Shown here: positions 36,001-43,373 of the stretch, piece after piece
How positions within the stretch are numbered: position 1 is the first letter of the stretch
Layout: the number at the start of each line of letters is the position of its first letter
Assembly (NCBI GenBank): GCA_035637335.1
Contig: DASPXI010000030.1
Span: forward strand, 634 to 64,633
Origin: Acidimicrobiia bacterium
Lineage (GTDB): Bacteria; Actinomycetota; Acidimicrobiia; IMCC26256; JACDBD01
DNA length: 64,000 bases
Reading direction: 5' to 3'
Notes under the pieces: generated by a model
Database searches by the model: none
What the model saw: the letters and a program-made list of their open reading frames with translations, nothing else
Told to the model about the DNA's origin: nothing
Position numbers and translations under genes: made by a program

Positions 36001-36291
36001 AGGGTCGGTCCCCGTGAGGGACTCCAGCCGGGGCAGCAGCGAGCTCGCGAACGGCAGGTAGGGGAGACCGAGATGCTCACGGCATCGGCCCGTGCACACC
36101 TCGACGCCGCGCTCGGCGACCGCCCACTGCTGCAACTCGTGGACGAGCCGAGACTTGCCGACACCCGCGTCGCCCGAGACGAAGACGACCCGGGGTTGGC
36201 CTGACACCGCCTCGTCGAGCCACCGCTCGAGGAGCTCCAACTCCTGCCTGCGTCCGACGAAACGAGGCGTGCTCGACTCCTGATTCACCAC
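33010..36291 (-). CDS. AAA-ATPase (AAA_16/STAND-like) + TPR-like repeat protein with a C-terminal class III adenylate/guanylate cyclase domain
   Basis: Walker A GDAGVGKSRL, Walker B LLLVLDDLHWVD, a long helical-repeat middle region, and a C-terminal cyclase core FVILFTDIADST...LGDGNLAVF...GIHAGDV...GGAVNIAARV. Confidence 0.8.
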   Translation of the reverse strand: MVNQESSTPRFVGRRQELELLERWLDEAVSGQPRVVFVSGDAGVGKSRLVHELQQWAVAERGVEVCTGRCREHLGLPYLPFASSLLPRLESLTGTDPAQGGSASVISRLLGRAPSPDSASRPPLADDAMPEQEKTWLFLAVTGATVALTRTRPLLLVLDDLHWVDRASLDLFTYLALGIADASVLEPVSFMIIATHRPDVDEHVAGELARIAREGLCRRIDLEGLNTEESAVLVDSLGLHRSSRQLGHFLHEASSGNPLFLENLVRQIARRAEGAEDLSTAAAADIDLSGPPELTNAIGARLDEVSEAARTVLTAAAFLGRSFSAEAVGAVTKQPEHELLAALEEAAAHGLITADGTRWWFEHPLYARVAYAAPGPARRRELHAAIARALDESGDRPILEVAHHLIEAGPAATARERLEYTAAAGNRAWDVLAWADAARCYEAAAAAAEELGEPDGLIADLHFRAGDSHYRHMDVRLGQKHIAIAIDRYRAAGDVRRVAVALVEQAHARLHEARFGTAIDTSGLDEALEALHDTDPVLEARLLAQLGEVAWAQGDLERGTELSTRGLEIGRQVDDHRACTRALNALGVIDWMRLDLRGAEERFEDALTHAKAQDDPWLLGLPSPRLALTQLWLGDPDRAEKVAAEAREETEFTGDAAERSLALTALTAVALARGRFREAERYGEEAWNASRLSRYLWSCSFFLPAVASARLLRGAFGPSELALDKLSESQDDMVVEEETVWLARQIARAHAGQHDEVRAAVAAHPERVSGRWPPFIGATGWFAYLAELALLVDVDLPLDRIERGLARVAEHGMVITDGPVVLVPRVRGALARRQGRLEEADSLLREAVEVARARGLRPELGRASLELAQMLATDGDRAQAGQLAQEARGVFDELDMPAFEQQASELADRLRGKEPARAAAAPARTGMDMFVILFTDIADSTSLTERLGDFAYRAQADQLDASVRSLVHDCGGDVVEGITLGDGNLAVFPSARRAIDCASRMHESARGVGFRLHVGIHAGDVIRSANNVYGGAVNIAARVCSQAAAGQTLVSETVRSLARTSAGTVFDDRGLHQLKGITDPHRLYAVSTETAST

Positions 36292-36375
36292 GCCTGCCCC
36301 CGCACTCTCGTTCCTGGAGAAGGCTAGGGCATCAACGCCCGTACGGCGACGGTTCAGACTCCTCCCACCGTGGGG

Positions 36376-36669
36376 TCAACGGAGAGCGGCTCCGGAGGGT
36401 CGGGGCTCGACGGGCCGGCTCCAGGTGCCCAGAAGCTCGAACACGAGCCGATCGGGCAATGCCGCCAGCCGGAGCGCGACGTCGCCACAGTTCGGGCAGC
36501 GCATGACGATGCCGGCGCCTTGATAGCTGCGGTGTGACCCAGCCGGGTTGCGATCGCCGCACGACTGGCACGTGCGCTCGAGCGTCGTGAACTCGGCGAC
36601 GAAGATCTCCTGGAGCAGCCCGGCAATCGCGTTCCCGTCAGTGTGCAGCTCGTCTGCTTCCATGGTCAT
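36376..36669 (-). CDS. DUF6510-like small Cys-cluster protein
   Basis: MTMEADELHTDGNAIAGLLQEIF...CQSCG...RCPNCG. ATGA overlap with the upstream reductase. Confidence 0.65.
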   Translation of the reverse strand: MTMEADELHTDGNAIAGLLQEIFVAEFTTLERTCQSCGDRNPAGSHRSYQGAGIVMRCPNCGDVALRLAALPDRLVFELLGTWSRPVEPRPSGAALR

Positions 36670-37451
36670 CCTCCCGTCGGTCCAAAGCGCTCGGTCTTGA
36701 TCGCGTGCGGGTCGTGACCGAGCTGCACGAGCAGGTCGGCGACGTGCTCGACGAAGCCGGTCGGTCCGCAGACGTAGACGCGGGCGTGCCGGTTGGGCTC
36801 GGCGCCGAGCTCGCTCAGCATCTCCGCGTTCACTCGCCCCGCCCAGCCGGTCCAGCCGGGTGGCTGCTCGCGAGTGAGCGTGTAGCGAACCATGACGCCG
36901 TTCTCCGCGAGCGTGGTCAGCTCCTCGCGGTAGAGCACGTCGTCCAATGACCGCGCCGACACGAGCAGCGTTGCGTCCACGCTGCTCGTCGAGTCGACGC
37001 GGTGGCGCAGCATGGCCATGAGCGGGACGAGACCGGAGCCGCCGCCCAGGAGCAGGAGAGGGCCACCGTCGCCGATCTGCCACGTGAAGTAGCCACCGAT
37101 CGGGCCTCGCAGCTCGAGCGGGTCGCCCGGACGCAGCTCACTCGTGAGATAGGGCGAGACCTCACCGTCTTCGATGCGCTCGACTGTGAGCGCGAGCTGC
37201 GAATCTTGGGGCGACGACGCGATCGAGTACGAACGCTCGGCCTGATACCCGTCCTCGGCGGTCAAGCGCACGTCGACGTGCTGACCGGCGAGGTGCCCGG
37301 GCCAGTCGGGAACGTCGAGTACGAGCGTCGTCGCTGATGGCGTTTCAGGTTGCAGCCGGGCGAGGGTTGCGATGCGCCACGTGAGCGGAACGCGGCGCGG
37401 GCTCAAATAGTCGCCCTCGCAAGCTCGGGCTCCTGCTCCGGCGGTCGGCAA
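36666..37451 (-). CDS. ferredoxin-NAD(P) reductase-type FAD/NAD-binding oxidoreductase
   Basis: RSYSIASSP (RxYS FAD motif) and LLLLGGGSGLVPLMAML NAD motif. The start is uncertain: TTG 37451 or TTG 37406. Confidence 0.75.
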   Translation of the reverse strand: MPTAGAGARACEGDYLSPRRVPLTWRIATLARLQPETPSATTLVLDVPDWPGHLAGQHVDVRLTAEDGYQAERSYSIASSPQDSQLALTVERIEDGEVSPYLTSELRPGDPLELRGPIGGYFTWQIGDGGPLLLLGGGSGLVPLMAMLRHRVDSTSSVDATLLVSARSLDDVLYREELTTLAENGVMVRYTLTREQPPGWTGWAGRVNAEMLSELGAEPNRHARVYVCGPTGFVEHVADLLVQLGHDPHAIKTERFGPTGG

Positions 37452-37470
37452 AGCCGCCGCCGTCGCGGCG

Positions 37471-38076
37471 TCAATCGCTCCAATAGCGCGCTTCCTTCCA
37501 GGGATCACCGTGGTTGTTGTACCCGTTGCTCTCCCAGAAGCCGGGCTCGTCGTGGTCCCGCAGGTCGAGGCCGCGAACCCACTTGGCGCTCTTCCAGAAA
37601 TAGAGGTGAGGCACGAGCAGCCGCGCCGGCCCGCCATGGATGGGTTCGAGCGGCTCGCCGTTGTACTCGTACGCGACCCACGCCTGCCCGTCGGTCATCT
37701 CGGCGAGGGGCAAGTTGGTCGTGTAGCCACCGTCGCAGAAGGCGAGCGCGAAGTCGGCTGATGTGTCGACGTTGTCGAGCAGGACGTCGACTGAGACGCC
37801 CTTCCACTCGGTGTCCAGCTTGGACCACTTGGTCACGCAGTGAATGTCCTTGCGGACCAGCTCGCTGGGCAGCGCGAGGAATTGTTCCCACGACCAGGTC
37901 ACGGGTTCGTCGACGAGGCCGGTGATCGAGAATGTCCACTCATCGAGCTGTGTGTACGGGGTCGGGCCGGCCGACAGCACCGGGAAGTCGTCGACGAGGT
38001 ACTGACCGGGCGGGATCCGACTCGGGTCGACATCGGTGCGACGCCGGCCGAAGAAACCGCGCGAGATCGGGGGCAC
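37471..38076 (-). CDS. sulfite-oxidase-like molybdopterin-binding oxidoreductase (short form)
   Basis: IHCVTKWSKLDTEWKGV...YNGEPLEPIHGGPARLLVPHLYFWKSAKWV. GTG 38076 is the likely start. The upstream part of track ORF 37471-38499 is antisense to a better gene. Confidence 0.75.
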   Translation of the reverse strand: MPPISRGFFGRRRTDVDPSRIPPGQYLVDDFPVLSAGPTPYTQLDEWTFSITGLVDEPVTWSWEQFLALPSELVRKDIHCVTKWSKLDTEWKGVSVDVLLDNVDTSADFALAFCDGGYTTNLPLAEMTDGQAWVAYEYNGEPLEPIHGGPARLLVPHLYFWKSAKWVRGLDLRDHDEPGFWESNGYNNHGDPWKEARYWSD

Positions 38077-38211
38077 GTCGCAACGATACGTCTTGTTATT
38101 GAGCGAGGATCTGGGCGGGATCCCTGAGACGACCGGCCGCGACCGGGTTTCGGTCTCCGTCAATGCTGGGTACGCGTTCACGGCCCCGTCTTTCGACCTC
38201 GAGGTTCTCTC

Positions 38212-38493
38212 ATGTTGGCCGTGACCGAAAACGCTGTGTCCGTGATCTGTCAGCTCACCGATCGTCCCGAATTGCCGGACGGCGCTGGCCTGCGGATCGC
38301 CAGCTCCGGTGAGGCGCCGAACCTGACCGTCTCGCCCGCCGGCAGTCCCGAGGCAGGCGACCAGGTGGTCGAGAGCGAAGGCGCGCGCGTGTTCCTCGAG
38401 CCGGAAGCAGCGGCGATGCTCGACGACAAGGTCCTTGACGCACGCGTCAACGACTCGGGCGGTGTCGAGTTCCTCGTAGCGAGCCAGGCATAG
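38212..38493 (+). CDS. HesB/IscA-family protein (no C-terminal Cys pair visible)
   Basis: 93 aa with MLAVTENAVSVI...GLRIASS...VFLEPEAAAMLDDKVLDA... pattern. GAGG RBS. Confidence 0.65.
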   Translation: MLAVTENAVSVICQLTDRPELPDGAGLRIASSGEAPNLTVSPAGSPEAGDQVVESEGARVFLEPEAAAMLDDKVLDARVNDSGGVEFLVASQA

Positions 38494-38523
38494 CGCCACA
38501 TCCCGCCCACGGCGGGAGTCAGG

Positions 38524-38910
38524 TCAAACGTCGCCCACCACGTGGGAGCTGTTGATCGTCACGCGGTAGCCGTTCGGGTCCCGGACGGTGAACGAGGCGT
38601 GGATTCGGCCGTGTTCGATCGGTGACGGGTCCAACCCACGGGCCTTCCACTTGGCGTGCGTCGCGTCCAGGTCCTCCACCATGAGGTCGAAGGGCGCGTC
38701 AGTGGTATCGGATGGTGTGCCGGGCACGAGCACGAGATGCGTGCCTCCCCGGAGCTCGAGCACCGCGACGTGAGGATTCCGCTCGACCTCGCGCATGCCG
38801 ATCCCGCGCCAGAAGTCTGCCGAGCGGTCCACATCGCTGACGGTCAGCACGGCGTGCCCGATCCAGACCGGCGGACGTGCGTCCATCTCCGCAGTGTGAC
38901 ACGAAGGCAT
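38524..38910 (-). CDS. VOC/glyoxalase-family protein
   Basis: IGHAVLTVSDVDRSADFW...FTVRDPNGYRV pattern, 128 aa. The start may instead be at M9. Confidence 0.7.
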   Translation of the reverse strand: MPSCHTAEMDARPPVWIGHAVLTVSDVDRSADFWRGIGMREVERNPHVAVLELRGGTHLVLVPGTPSDTTDAPFDLMVEDLDATHAKWKARGLDPSPIEHGRIHASFTVRDPNGYRVTINSSHVVGDV

Positions 38911-39002
38911 TGGTCGTTTTGCGGGGTTTGCTACGTTTCCCGCCGTGATTCGGCGGTCCCGGACCCTTCACAGGCTGAGGTCTGCGGGCGTCGGAGGGCG
39001 CG

Positions 39003-40148
39003 CTACTCGACGCCAAGGATGGCCGTGCTGGCCGACGAAAACCAGCCGCCCGTCCCGTTCACGCACGCGAGCTCGGCACCGGGCACCTGACGATCACCGC
39101 ACTCGCCGCGTAGCTGACGAACGGCCTCGACGAGCAGGAAGATGCCCCGCATCCCGGGATGGCACGCCGACAGCCCGCCGCCGTCGGTGTTGGTGGGGAG
39201 TGCGCCGTCGACGCGCATCGTCCCGCCCTCGACGAACGGTCCGCCCTCGCCCTTCTTGCAGAACCCGAGCGCCTCGAAGCTGAGCAGCACCATGGGCGTG
39301 AACGCGTCGTAGATCTCGCAGACGTCGATGTCGTCGGGGGTAACGCCCGCGCGCTCGAACGCGAGCGCCCTGGAACGGACGGCAGGCGACTCGGTGAAGT
39401 CATCCCACTCGCTCATCGTTGTGTGGGACACGGCCTCGCCGGTTCCGAGCACCCACACCGGTCGCGCTGCAAGGTCACGAGCCCGTTCCTCCGAGGTCAG
39501 CACGATGGCGCCGCCGCCGTCGGAACGGATGCAGCAGTGCAACTGCGTCAAAGGATCGGCGATCATCGGCGAGCGCGCCACGTCCTCGATCGTGATCGGC
39601 TCGCGGTAATACGCGTCGGGATTCAACGACGCGTTGTAACGCGTCGACACGGCGATCTCCGCCAGCTGGTCGATCGCCGTGCCGAACTCGTTCATGTGGC
39701 GCCGCGCCGCCATCGCGTATTTGGCGATCAGCGTGTGCCCGTACGGCGCGTCGAACTGGACCGGGCCGCGACTGCCGAACGAAAGATTTGCGCGGCGCTC
39801 GCGCCGCTTGAGGTCGGCACGCGCCGTCGACCCGTACGCCAGGACGACGACCTCGGCGTTGCCCTCGGCGATCGCCGCCGTCGCGTGCTCGACCATGAAT
39901 TCCCACGTGCTGCCGCCGACGCCGGTGCCGTCCACCCACGTCGGCCGGAGACCGAGGTACTCGGCGACCTCGATCGGTGCGAGCAAGCCGGTGCCGCTCG
40001 ACGCGAACCCGTCGACATCGCCTTTGTCGAGTCCCGCATCGGCGAGAGCCCGGCTCGCGGCCTGGAAGTGCAGCTCGAATGGCGAGACGTTGTCGAGCCG
40101 CCCTGTGTCGGAGAGCGCAGCCCCGACGATCGCGACGCGCCGGCCCAC
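39003..40148 (-). CDS. thiolase-like lipid-transfer (SCP-x/Ltp-type) protein
   Basis: MGRRVAIVGAALS...VVVLAYG...LPTNTDGGGLSACHPGMRG pattern. No adjacent DUF35 gene. Confidence 0.8.
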   Translation of the reverse strand: MGRRVAIVGAALSDTGRLDNVSPFELHFQAASRALADAGLDKGDVDGFASSGTGLLAPIEVAEYLGLRPTWVDGTGVGGSTWEFMVEHATAAIAEGNAEVVVLAYGSTARADLKRRERRANLSFGSRGPVQFDAPYGHTLIAKYAMAARRHMNEFGTAIDQLAEIAVSTRYNASLNPDAYYREPITIEDVARSPMIADPLTQLHCCIRSDGGGAIVLTSEERARDLAARPVWVLGTGEAVSHTTMSEWDDFTESPAVRSRALAFERAGVTPDDIDVCEIYDAFTPMVLLSFEALGFCKKGEGGPFVEGGTMRVDGALPTNTDGGGLSACHPGMRGIFLLVEAVRQLRGECGDRQVPGAELACVNGTGGWFSSASTAILGVE

Positions 40149-40158
40149 TCCCGGCTCG

Positions 40159-40986
40159 CTACCTCAGGCGCCAGTCGATGCGCGTGCCCGACTCGAACAG
40201 CTTCTGGCCCTCGGCGATCGAGTTCTGATCCGTCCCGAGCCCGACATACGCGTAGCCCAGCCGCAGGGCCTGCCGCTGCCCGAGCTCGCGCGCCGCCCAG
40301 ATGGCGCGCACGGTGCCCTCGATCGCGAGGGCCGGTTGCGACGCGATCGCGTTGGCGGCCCAGGCCGTCCGCTCGTGCAGCTCCTCTTTCGGCGCGACCT
40401 CGGACACGAGGCCGATCTCATATGCCCGTTGCGCGGACAGGCGCTCGTAATTGCCGAGCAGCGAGAGTCGCATGATCTCGCCGAACGGCATGATTCCCGA
40501 CATGTGGATGGGCTCGAACGCGGCCGTCATTCCGTACGTGACGTGCGGGTCGAAGAAGGTGGCGTGGTCGGCGGCGATGATGAACTCGACCTCACCCAGC
40601 ATGTAGAACGCGCCGCCGCAGGCCATGCCGTTCACGGCCGCGATCACCGGCTTCCAGAGATCCGAGCTCTTGGGACCGAGGTTGTCGCCGGGATCGTTGA
40701 ACATGAACGGCGTCGATCCCGACCCGACGACATCCGGGTCGGTCGTGTCGTCGGCGGCGTCGCCCATCTGCTCCATGCGGTCGATGCCGGTGCAGAACGC
40801 CTTGTCACCCGCGCCCGTGAGCACGATGCAGCGCACGTCGTCGTGACGACGCAGACCTCGCCAGAGGTTGTGCAGCTCGCGCTGCATCAGGGAGTTGAAC
40901 GCGTTCAGCCGGTCCGGGCGGTTGAGCGTGACCCACGCGACACCGTCCCGCTCCTCGTACAGGAGCGTGTCGAAGTCGGTGTTCAC
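40159..40986 (-). CDS. enoyl-CoA hydratase/isomerase (crotonase) family
   Basis: VAWVTLNRPDRLNAF...VLTGAGDKAFCTGID...IAAVNGMACGGAF. Confidence 0.85.
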   Translation of the reverse strand: MNTDFDTLLYEERDGVAWVTLNRPDRLNAFNSLMQRELHNLWRGLRRHDDVRCIVLTGAGDKAFCTGIDRMEQMGDAADDTTDPDVVGSGSTPFMFNDPGDNLGPKSSDLWKPVIAAVNGMACGGAFYMLGEVEFIIAADHATFFDPHVTYGMTAAFEPIHMSGIMPFGEIMRLSLLGNYERLSAQRAYEIGLVSEVAPKEELHERTAWAANAIASQPALAIEGTVRAIWAARELGQRQALRLGYAYVGLGTDQNSIAEGQKLFESGTRIDWRLR

Positions 40987-40996
40987 GTCGTTGAGG

Positions 40997-41932
40997 TTAC
41001 CTGCGCTGTTGCGCCGCGATACCCGGGTTGACCGAACCGAAGGCGTACTTGTTGAGGATGTCGCCGACGTCGGCGGCGTCCCAGCGGGCGGGCTTTCCCT
41101 CGGCGTCGGTGGCGAAGAACTCCTCGCCCATCTGCCACGGCTGGTACACGCAGAGCGAGTTGCCGACCATGCGCAGCACCTGACCCGTGGTCGGCTTCGA
41201 GTCGTCCGAGGCGAGCCAGGCGACGGCGGGCGCCGAGTTGGCCGGGTTCATGGCGTCGAACTCCGTGTACTCCTCGGGATTCTTGATCGTGATGTCCTGC
41301 CGGGCTTGGCCGACCATCCGCGTGAAGCCGCCGGGGCCGATGCAGTTGGCGCGGACGCCGTAGCGCGTGAGCTCGAGGCTGGCGATGATCGTCATCGCGG
41401 CGATGCCGGCCTTGGCGGCGCCGTAGTTCGACTGGCTGGCCTGGCCCTGCAGCCCGGCGCTCGAGACCGTGTTGATGATCGACGCGCTCGGCTGCCGGCC
41501 CTCCTTGGACTCGGCGCGCCAGTACACCGAAGCGTGGTGCATGGTGTTCCAAGTGCCTTTGAGGTGCACCCGGATGACCGAGTCGAAGTCCTCCTCGGCC
41601 ATCGTGAACAGCATCTTGTCGCGCAGGATCCCGGCGTTGTTCACGAGCACGTCGAGCTTCCCGAACGACTCGAGCGCGGTGTCGATGATGCTCTTGGCGC
41701 CGTTGAAGTCGGCGACGTCGTCGTAGTTCGGGACCGCCTCACCGCCGCGACCCTTGATGACATTGACGACCTCGTCGGCATTGCGCTTGTCGGCGCCCTC
41801 GCCGGTGACTGAGACGCCGAGGTCGTTGACGACGACCTTCGCTCCTTGGTCGGCCAGCTCGATGGCCTCACCACGTCCGACTCCGTTGCCGGCTCCGGTG
41901 ACGATCGCGACCTTGCCGTCGAGAAGCCCCAT
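40997..41932 (-). CDS. SDR, MFE-2-type 3-hydroxyacyl-CoA dehydrogenase-like
   Basis: GKVAIVTGAGNGVGRGEAIELA..VVVNDLG...NNAGILRD...SNYGAAKAG. Paralog of 16066-16989. Confidence 0.85.
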   Translation of the reverse strand: MGLLDGKVAIVTGAGNGVGRGEAIELADQGAKVVVNDLGVSVTGEGADKRNADEVVNVIKGRGGEAVPNYDDVADFNGAKSIIDTALESFGKLDVLVNNAGILRDKMLFTMAEEDFDSVIRVHLKGTWNTMHHASVYWRAESKEGRQPSASIINTVSSAGLQGQASQSNYGAAKAGIAAMTIIASLELTRYGVRANCIGPGGFTRMVGQARQDITIKNPEEYTEFDAMNPANSAPAVAWLASDDSKPTTGQVLRMVGNSLCVYQPWQMGEEFFATDAEGKPARWDAADVGDILNKYAFGSVNPGIAAQQRR

Positions 41933-41960
41933 TTGCGCGTCCTTCTCCCCGCGTTGAAAA

Positions 41961-41976
41961 CTGACGTCGGCGTCAC
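41961..41976. promoter_or_regulatory. palindromic operator candidate CTGAC-N6-GTCAC
   Basis: gaaaaCTGACgtcggcGTCACggtatcg lies 29 nt upstream of the SDR start in the divergent region shared with the MaoC gene. Confidence 0.6.
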
Positions 41977-42068
41977 GGTATCGCGGTCGTTCACGCGCCC
42001 GTCAACCCGAACACGCCGAGTTGCGCGCGACCGACCACACGAGCCCATGAAGACGGAGGCAGCAACGG

Positions 42069-42563
42069 ATGGCCCTCGACACCAGCGTCATCGGGAAGCC
42101 GACCGGCGCGCACCGCGTCGTCGTCGAGCGCGGCCCTGTCTCCAACTTCGCCCGCGCGCTCAAGGACGAGAACCCCGTCTACCACGACCCGAATGCGGCC
42201 AAGGCGGCCGGATTCGCCGATATCCCCGCCCCGCCGACGTGGTCGTTCGCCATGCCCTTCTGGGGCCGGTTCGCCGAGGAGCAGCCGGAGGACCCGACCG
42301 GTGGCGAGAACCCCATGCACGAGGTGATGGGGGAGCTGTTCGCCAAGGGCGGTCTGGTGCTGCACGGTGAGCAAGAGTTCGAGTACCACAGGCCGATCGT
42401 CGTCGGCGACGTGGTGGTCGGCGAAGGGCGCATCGTCGACCTGTACGAGAAGGAGAGCAAGGGTCGCACGATGACCTTCGTCGTGACCGAGACCGTGTGG
42501 CGGGACGAGAAGAGCGGCGAGCCGGCCGTGACCGAGCGGTTCAACCTCATTCATCGTTCGTAA
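42069..42563 (+). CDS. MaoC-like dehydratase, N-terminal-type hotdog subunit
   Basis: 164 aa, paralog of 13423-13932. GGAGG RBS. Confidence 0.75.
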   Translation: MALDTSVIGKPTGAHRVVVERGPVSNFARALKDENPVYHDPNAAKAAGFADIPAPPTWSFAMPFWGRFAEEQPEDPTGGENPMHEVMGELFAKGGLVLHGEQEFEYHRPIVVGDVVVGEGRIVDLYEKESKGRTMTFVVTETVWRDEKSGEPAVTERFNLIHRS

Positions 42564-42589
42564 CGGGTCAGGACAGGGGGGACTCCAGC

Positions 42590-43366
42590 ATGGGTCGACT
42601 CGACAACAGGGTCGCGATCATCACCGGCGCCGGTCAGGGCATCGGGCTCGCCTACGCAAAGCGCTTCCTCGACGAGGGCGCCAAAGTCATCGTGGCCGAG
42701 ATCAACGAGGACCGCGCCAACTCGGCGATGGAGCAGCTCGAGAAGCTCGGCGACGCCGCCTTCGTGCAGACGGACATCTCCGACGAGCAGTCCGCGCTCG
42801 CGTGCGCGGCGAAGACCAAGGATCAGTTCGGCGGGATCGACATCCTCGTCAACAACGCCGCGCTCTACTACGACATCGACAACGAGAACAACGACTACGA
42901 CTACCTGCAGAAGGTTTTCAGCGTGAACCTCCACGGCGCCTGGCTCATGGCCCGAGCGTGCGCGCCGACGATGGTGGAGCAGGGCTGGGGGCGCATCATC
43001 AACCAGTCGTCGGACGCCGCGTACCTGTACAACATCGTGCCGCCCGGTGAGTTCCAAGAAGTCAGCGCGTTCACGTACAGCCAGACGAAGTGGGGCGTGC
43101 TCGGGCTCACGAAGTTTCTCGCTGCCCAGCTCGGTCAGTACAACATCACGGTCAATTGCATCGCACCGGGTGTGACGATGACCGAGGCGACGCGGAAGAT
43201 CGTCCCCGAGAGCATCATCGACCTGCTCCCGGCAATGAGCGCGATGAAGCGCAAGCTCGAGCCCGAGGACCTCGCCGGCACGGCGGTGTTCTTCGCCAGC
43301 GACGACGCCGCCCTGGTGACCGGTCAAGTGCTGTGCGTCGACGGCGGCTCGATCATGCCCGCGTAG
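42590..43366 (+). CDS. SDR family oxidoreductase
   Basis: RVAIITGAGQGIG, NNAAL and YSQTKWG. ATG 42590 is preceded by a GGGGGG run. The track ORF start at 42497 is over-extended. Confidence 0.85.
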   Translation: MGRLDNRVAIITGAGQGIGLAYAKRFLDEGAKVIVAEINEDRANSAMEQLEKLGDAAFVQTDISDEQSALACAAKTKDQFGGIDILVNNAALYYDIDNENNDYDYLQKVFSVNLHGAWLMARACAPTMVEQGWGRIINQSSDAAYLYNIVPPGEFQEVSAFTYSQTKWGVLGLTKFLAAQLGQYNITVNCIAPGVTMTEATRKIVPESIIDLLPAMSAMKRKLEPEDLAGTAVFFASDDAALVTGQVLCVDGGSIMPA

Positions 43367-43373
43367 CCGTGAG

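Noticed and set aside
32359-36291. Cyclase plus small partner interpreted as a Pycsar/CBASS-like anti-phage signalling system
   Set aside because: The partner shows no cNMP-binding, TIR, TM, nuclease or other effector hallmark. There are no neighbouring defence or mobile genes, and the locus sits in core-like metabolic context. It is kept only as an unusual cyclase architecture.
38911-39002. Hairpin CCGCCG-tgatt-CGGCGG as a terminator or small RNA
   Set aside because: It has a short 6-bp stem with no U-tract on either strand, and lies between two same-strand genes that may be co-transcribed. The evidence is insufficient.
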